Virus record (IMG/VR): IMGVR_UViG_3300006052_000019 | Span: 1-36,228 of that record | Reading direction: 5' to 3' (one strand) | From: a virus | Taxonomy: Duplodnaviria; Caudoviricetes | Length of the DNA stretch: 36,228 nucleotides | Position numbers and translations under genes: made by a program | Shown here: piece after piece, positions 35,301 through 36,228 of the stretch | Layout of the letters: each line of letters begins with the position of its first letter | Position numbering within the stretch: the stretch's first letter is position 1 | The notes under the pieces: model-generated | Told to the model about the DNA's origin: nothing | Seen by the model: only the letters and a program-made list of their open reading frames with translations | Database searches by the model: none

Positions 35301-36228
35301 ATTGGACTCGTAGAGCCCAAATTGCAGAATCGCAAGCTCGTTCTGCTGCGCGAGCCCGGCCAGCGGGCCGATCGTTACCGGCGATGCGCCCGATGCGAGG
35401 TAGTTGACATTGACGGTCGTGGAGGTATCGAACGGGGAAGAAGCCGCAAGCCCCGACCATTCCTGAATGAAGCCACGACCCTTGAAGCTGCCGGTGAACG
35501 TCCACGAAGCCGAGTGTCCCGACCCCGTGGTGTCGTACATATACCAGATGGCAGTACGCTCAACCTCCGCACCCGTGCTGGTTGCCGGCGCAACTGCCAA
35601 AATCCATGTGCCGCCGCCAACCGTATCCGTGGGCGTCGGAGCGCCAGGGTCCGTCGTGCCGCGAACCGTGATGCCGCAGATGATGACGTTGCCGATTAGC
35701 GCATTGGTCGGCAGGGCCGCATACAGCGGATTGGCTGCGGCAAAACCGGACTCGTAGTGCTGTAGCAGGACCGCGCCGTTGCAATAGTTGACGGACGCGC
35801 CAACCGGGTCAAATAGAGCCCATCCTTCTTCTACCCACTCGGCTCCGGTATCGGGAGATTCCCAGTCGTAATGGCCTTCCTCACCGTTGTTCAGCGGCCT
35901 TTGCGATGGCACCGATACAGGGTCGAATAGAGCCCATCCGTCCTCAAACCACTCCGCACCCCAGTCGGCAGCTTCCCAGTCGTAGTGGCCCTCCTCACCG
36001 TTGTTCAGCGGCTTGGCAATGCTGCTGGTGTTGACCCACAATTCGTAAGCCGAATGAATTTCGCTCCACTCGGCTCCGGTATCGTCCTGCTCCCACGGCC
36101 ACGGGTCCGGCACGTTCTGATTGGGGCCGCCGGATGACGCTGCCGATATGGCAATCGACTGCCATGCGAGCGAGGAGCCAAGCGTGGCGGTGCGAACCGT
36201 CGTGGTCGTTGTGGTGACGTCTTCATCG
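32310..36228 (-). CDS. large Trp/Asp/Glu repeat protein with beta-sandwich modules (5'-truncated, >1300 aa)
   Basis: The frame stays open from 36113 to the window end (DEDVTTTTTVRTATLGSSLAWQSIAISA...). PEDAWDW repeats, two homologous beta-rich modules, Pro/Lys linker and C-terminal coiled coil. Confidence 0.8.
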   Translation of the reverse strand, partial: DEDVTTTTTTVRTATLGSSLAWQSIAISAASSGGPNQNVPDPWPWEQDDTGAEWSEIHSAYELWVNTSSIAKPLNNGEEGHYDWEAADWGAEWFEDGWALFDPVSVPSQRPLNNGEEGHYDWESPDTGAEWVEEGWALFDPVGASVNYCNGAVLLQHYESGFAAANPLYAALPTNALIGNVIICGITVRGTTDPGAPTPTDTVGGGTWILAVAPATSTGAEVERTAIWYMYDTTGSGHSASWTFTGSFKGRGFIQEWSGLAASSPFDTSTTVNVNYLASGASPVTIGPLAGLAQQNELAILQFGLYESNGTAPDSGLRTPAGWAPQFLDTNTNNYDGIVYCFVPNVNAFSTPSATFSWTQIGTDAAQALLTTWKLNSPCPLKPDEWDWDSDNQNEIDWLEAEWDLFEPLVHATVPSQQPQETEWIDDDAWDDWWHWLDDFSEEAVYPNPPEDAWDWSYEEPEEDSFEYATRFRPNIELVQTVVTQVATNSTATATLNNVSQGNFLAIQVASFSPVAFVTPTVTDSNANQVALVWAGVADPATNGNGSGIWYVANATAGTHTITASLPAVDTAGGYLTLVVTEWSGIAQVEPLDVYGYTVITPIVLGTTLTASTSNPTTYPVELVLAVIENADVSPVALTDPPAGFTSLFGQPDGTTYLVMEASYQITSGTGTPSATWSWTGAATVAEAAIAAFKIVPGTPITVPDEWDWSYEEVEDELWWRGYDDSATLAGFAIVNQLPEDVFPWDEEEPDESWWAHLDDFSEEAVYPQPAEDAWDWAYEEIEDEWTWAVDDSATIEPPVFIAIGPEDAWDWAYEEVEDELWWTWIEYEQGINAGTTLPYVIEDVYPWDEELEDEAWWTGLDDSATLQPPFVAPQSPEDAWGWEVDPEPDDEWWAGLDDYDVEQPFFPPQSPEDAWDWAPDDSDDDAPWLAWDDGTTVQNGTTLPYVIEDAWDWAPEDAAEDEAWWTGLDDYAVEQPFFPPAIPEDAWDWGYEEPEEDLTWQAIDDATTVQFVPIAALGPEDAWDWAYEELEDEGWWYGYDDFTVLQPPPNTAQFPEDAWDWGYEEVEDENWWHGFDDANIVQNNNVIPVAPPAGFDPKTMGRLREKLGVKWGAEEPKPEEPPKPAPKAKRAPKPAAKPSGLLLKILGSAGIGPLEVPPPRAPAPEEKKPAPLTIEPEKLPIAPAKVDKKPAPTPPEDPEKARLERREEKHLARIAKLEAEIARITERMAEVERATEADLDEARRIAAQHAAAARAAENETTRQIAQRVEEARLAEEELRRARNNLIAVQAAMNLYFQNEDDDDE
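32980..34120 (-). repeat. 11 tandem coding repeats of about 30-37 aa (PEDAWDW.YEE.EDE.WW..LDD)
   Basis: Counted in the translation; recurrent CCCAGTCCCAGGCATC-like DNA on the plus strand. Confidence 0.85.
35806..36012 (-). repeat. two copies of a 93-bp coding unit with 114-bp period
   Basis: PLNNGEEGHYDWE....GAEW.E.GWALFDPV occurs twice (35806-35898 and 35920-36012). Confidence 0.85.

Noticed and set aside
1-36228. Alternative genetic code or stop-codon recoding
   Set aside because: Genes tile tightly under the standard code with ATGA/TGATG coupling; TAA, TAG and TGA all end genes.

Overview
The window is a GC-rich, gene-dense segment of a tailed dsDNA phage with podovirus-like architecture, probably infecting a Gram-negative host (it has spanins). 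No integrase, portal, large terminase, tRNA, rRNA or CRISPR array is visible. Left part (1-7130): replication, recombination and regulatory genes (DnaB/T7 gp4-like helicase, DUF1064 nuclease, SSB-like protein, PD-(D/E)XK exonuclease, Cro-like HTH), a displaced terminase small subunit and an Acb2-like anti-CBASS sponge with an N-terminal extension. Right part (7172-36228, minus strand): a 5'-truncated Trp/Asp/Glu repeat protein, scaffold, major capsid, adaptors, a split tail-nozzle protein with LamG/lectin modules, internal virion proteins, a 3108-aa polyvalent ejection protein (ParB, RelA/SpoT-like, zincin, DUF7178-like, two ART-like domains) and a lysis cassette. The main observation is that the polyvalent gene appears to hide small nested genes in its inter-domain linkers. 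One is antisense (15367-15579), has its own near-consensus sigma70 promoter and RBS, and abuts the RelA/SpoT-like domain. Two are in the +1 frame with SD sequences (13178-13441, 16622-16891). I infer these may be built-in antidote or regulator genes for the injected effector domains. All family names come from motif recognition by eye and memory, not from database searches.
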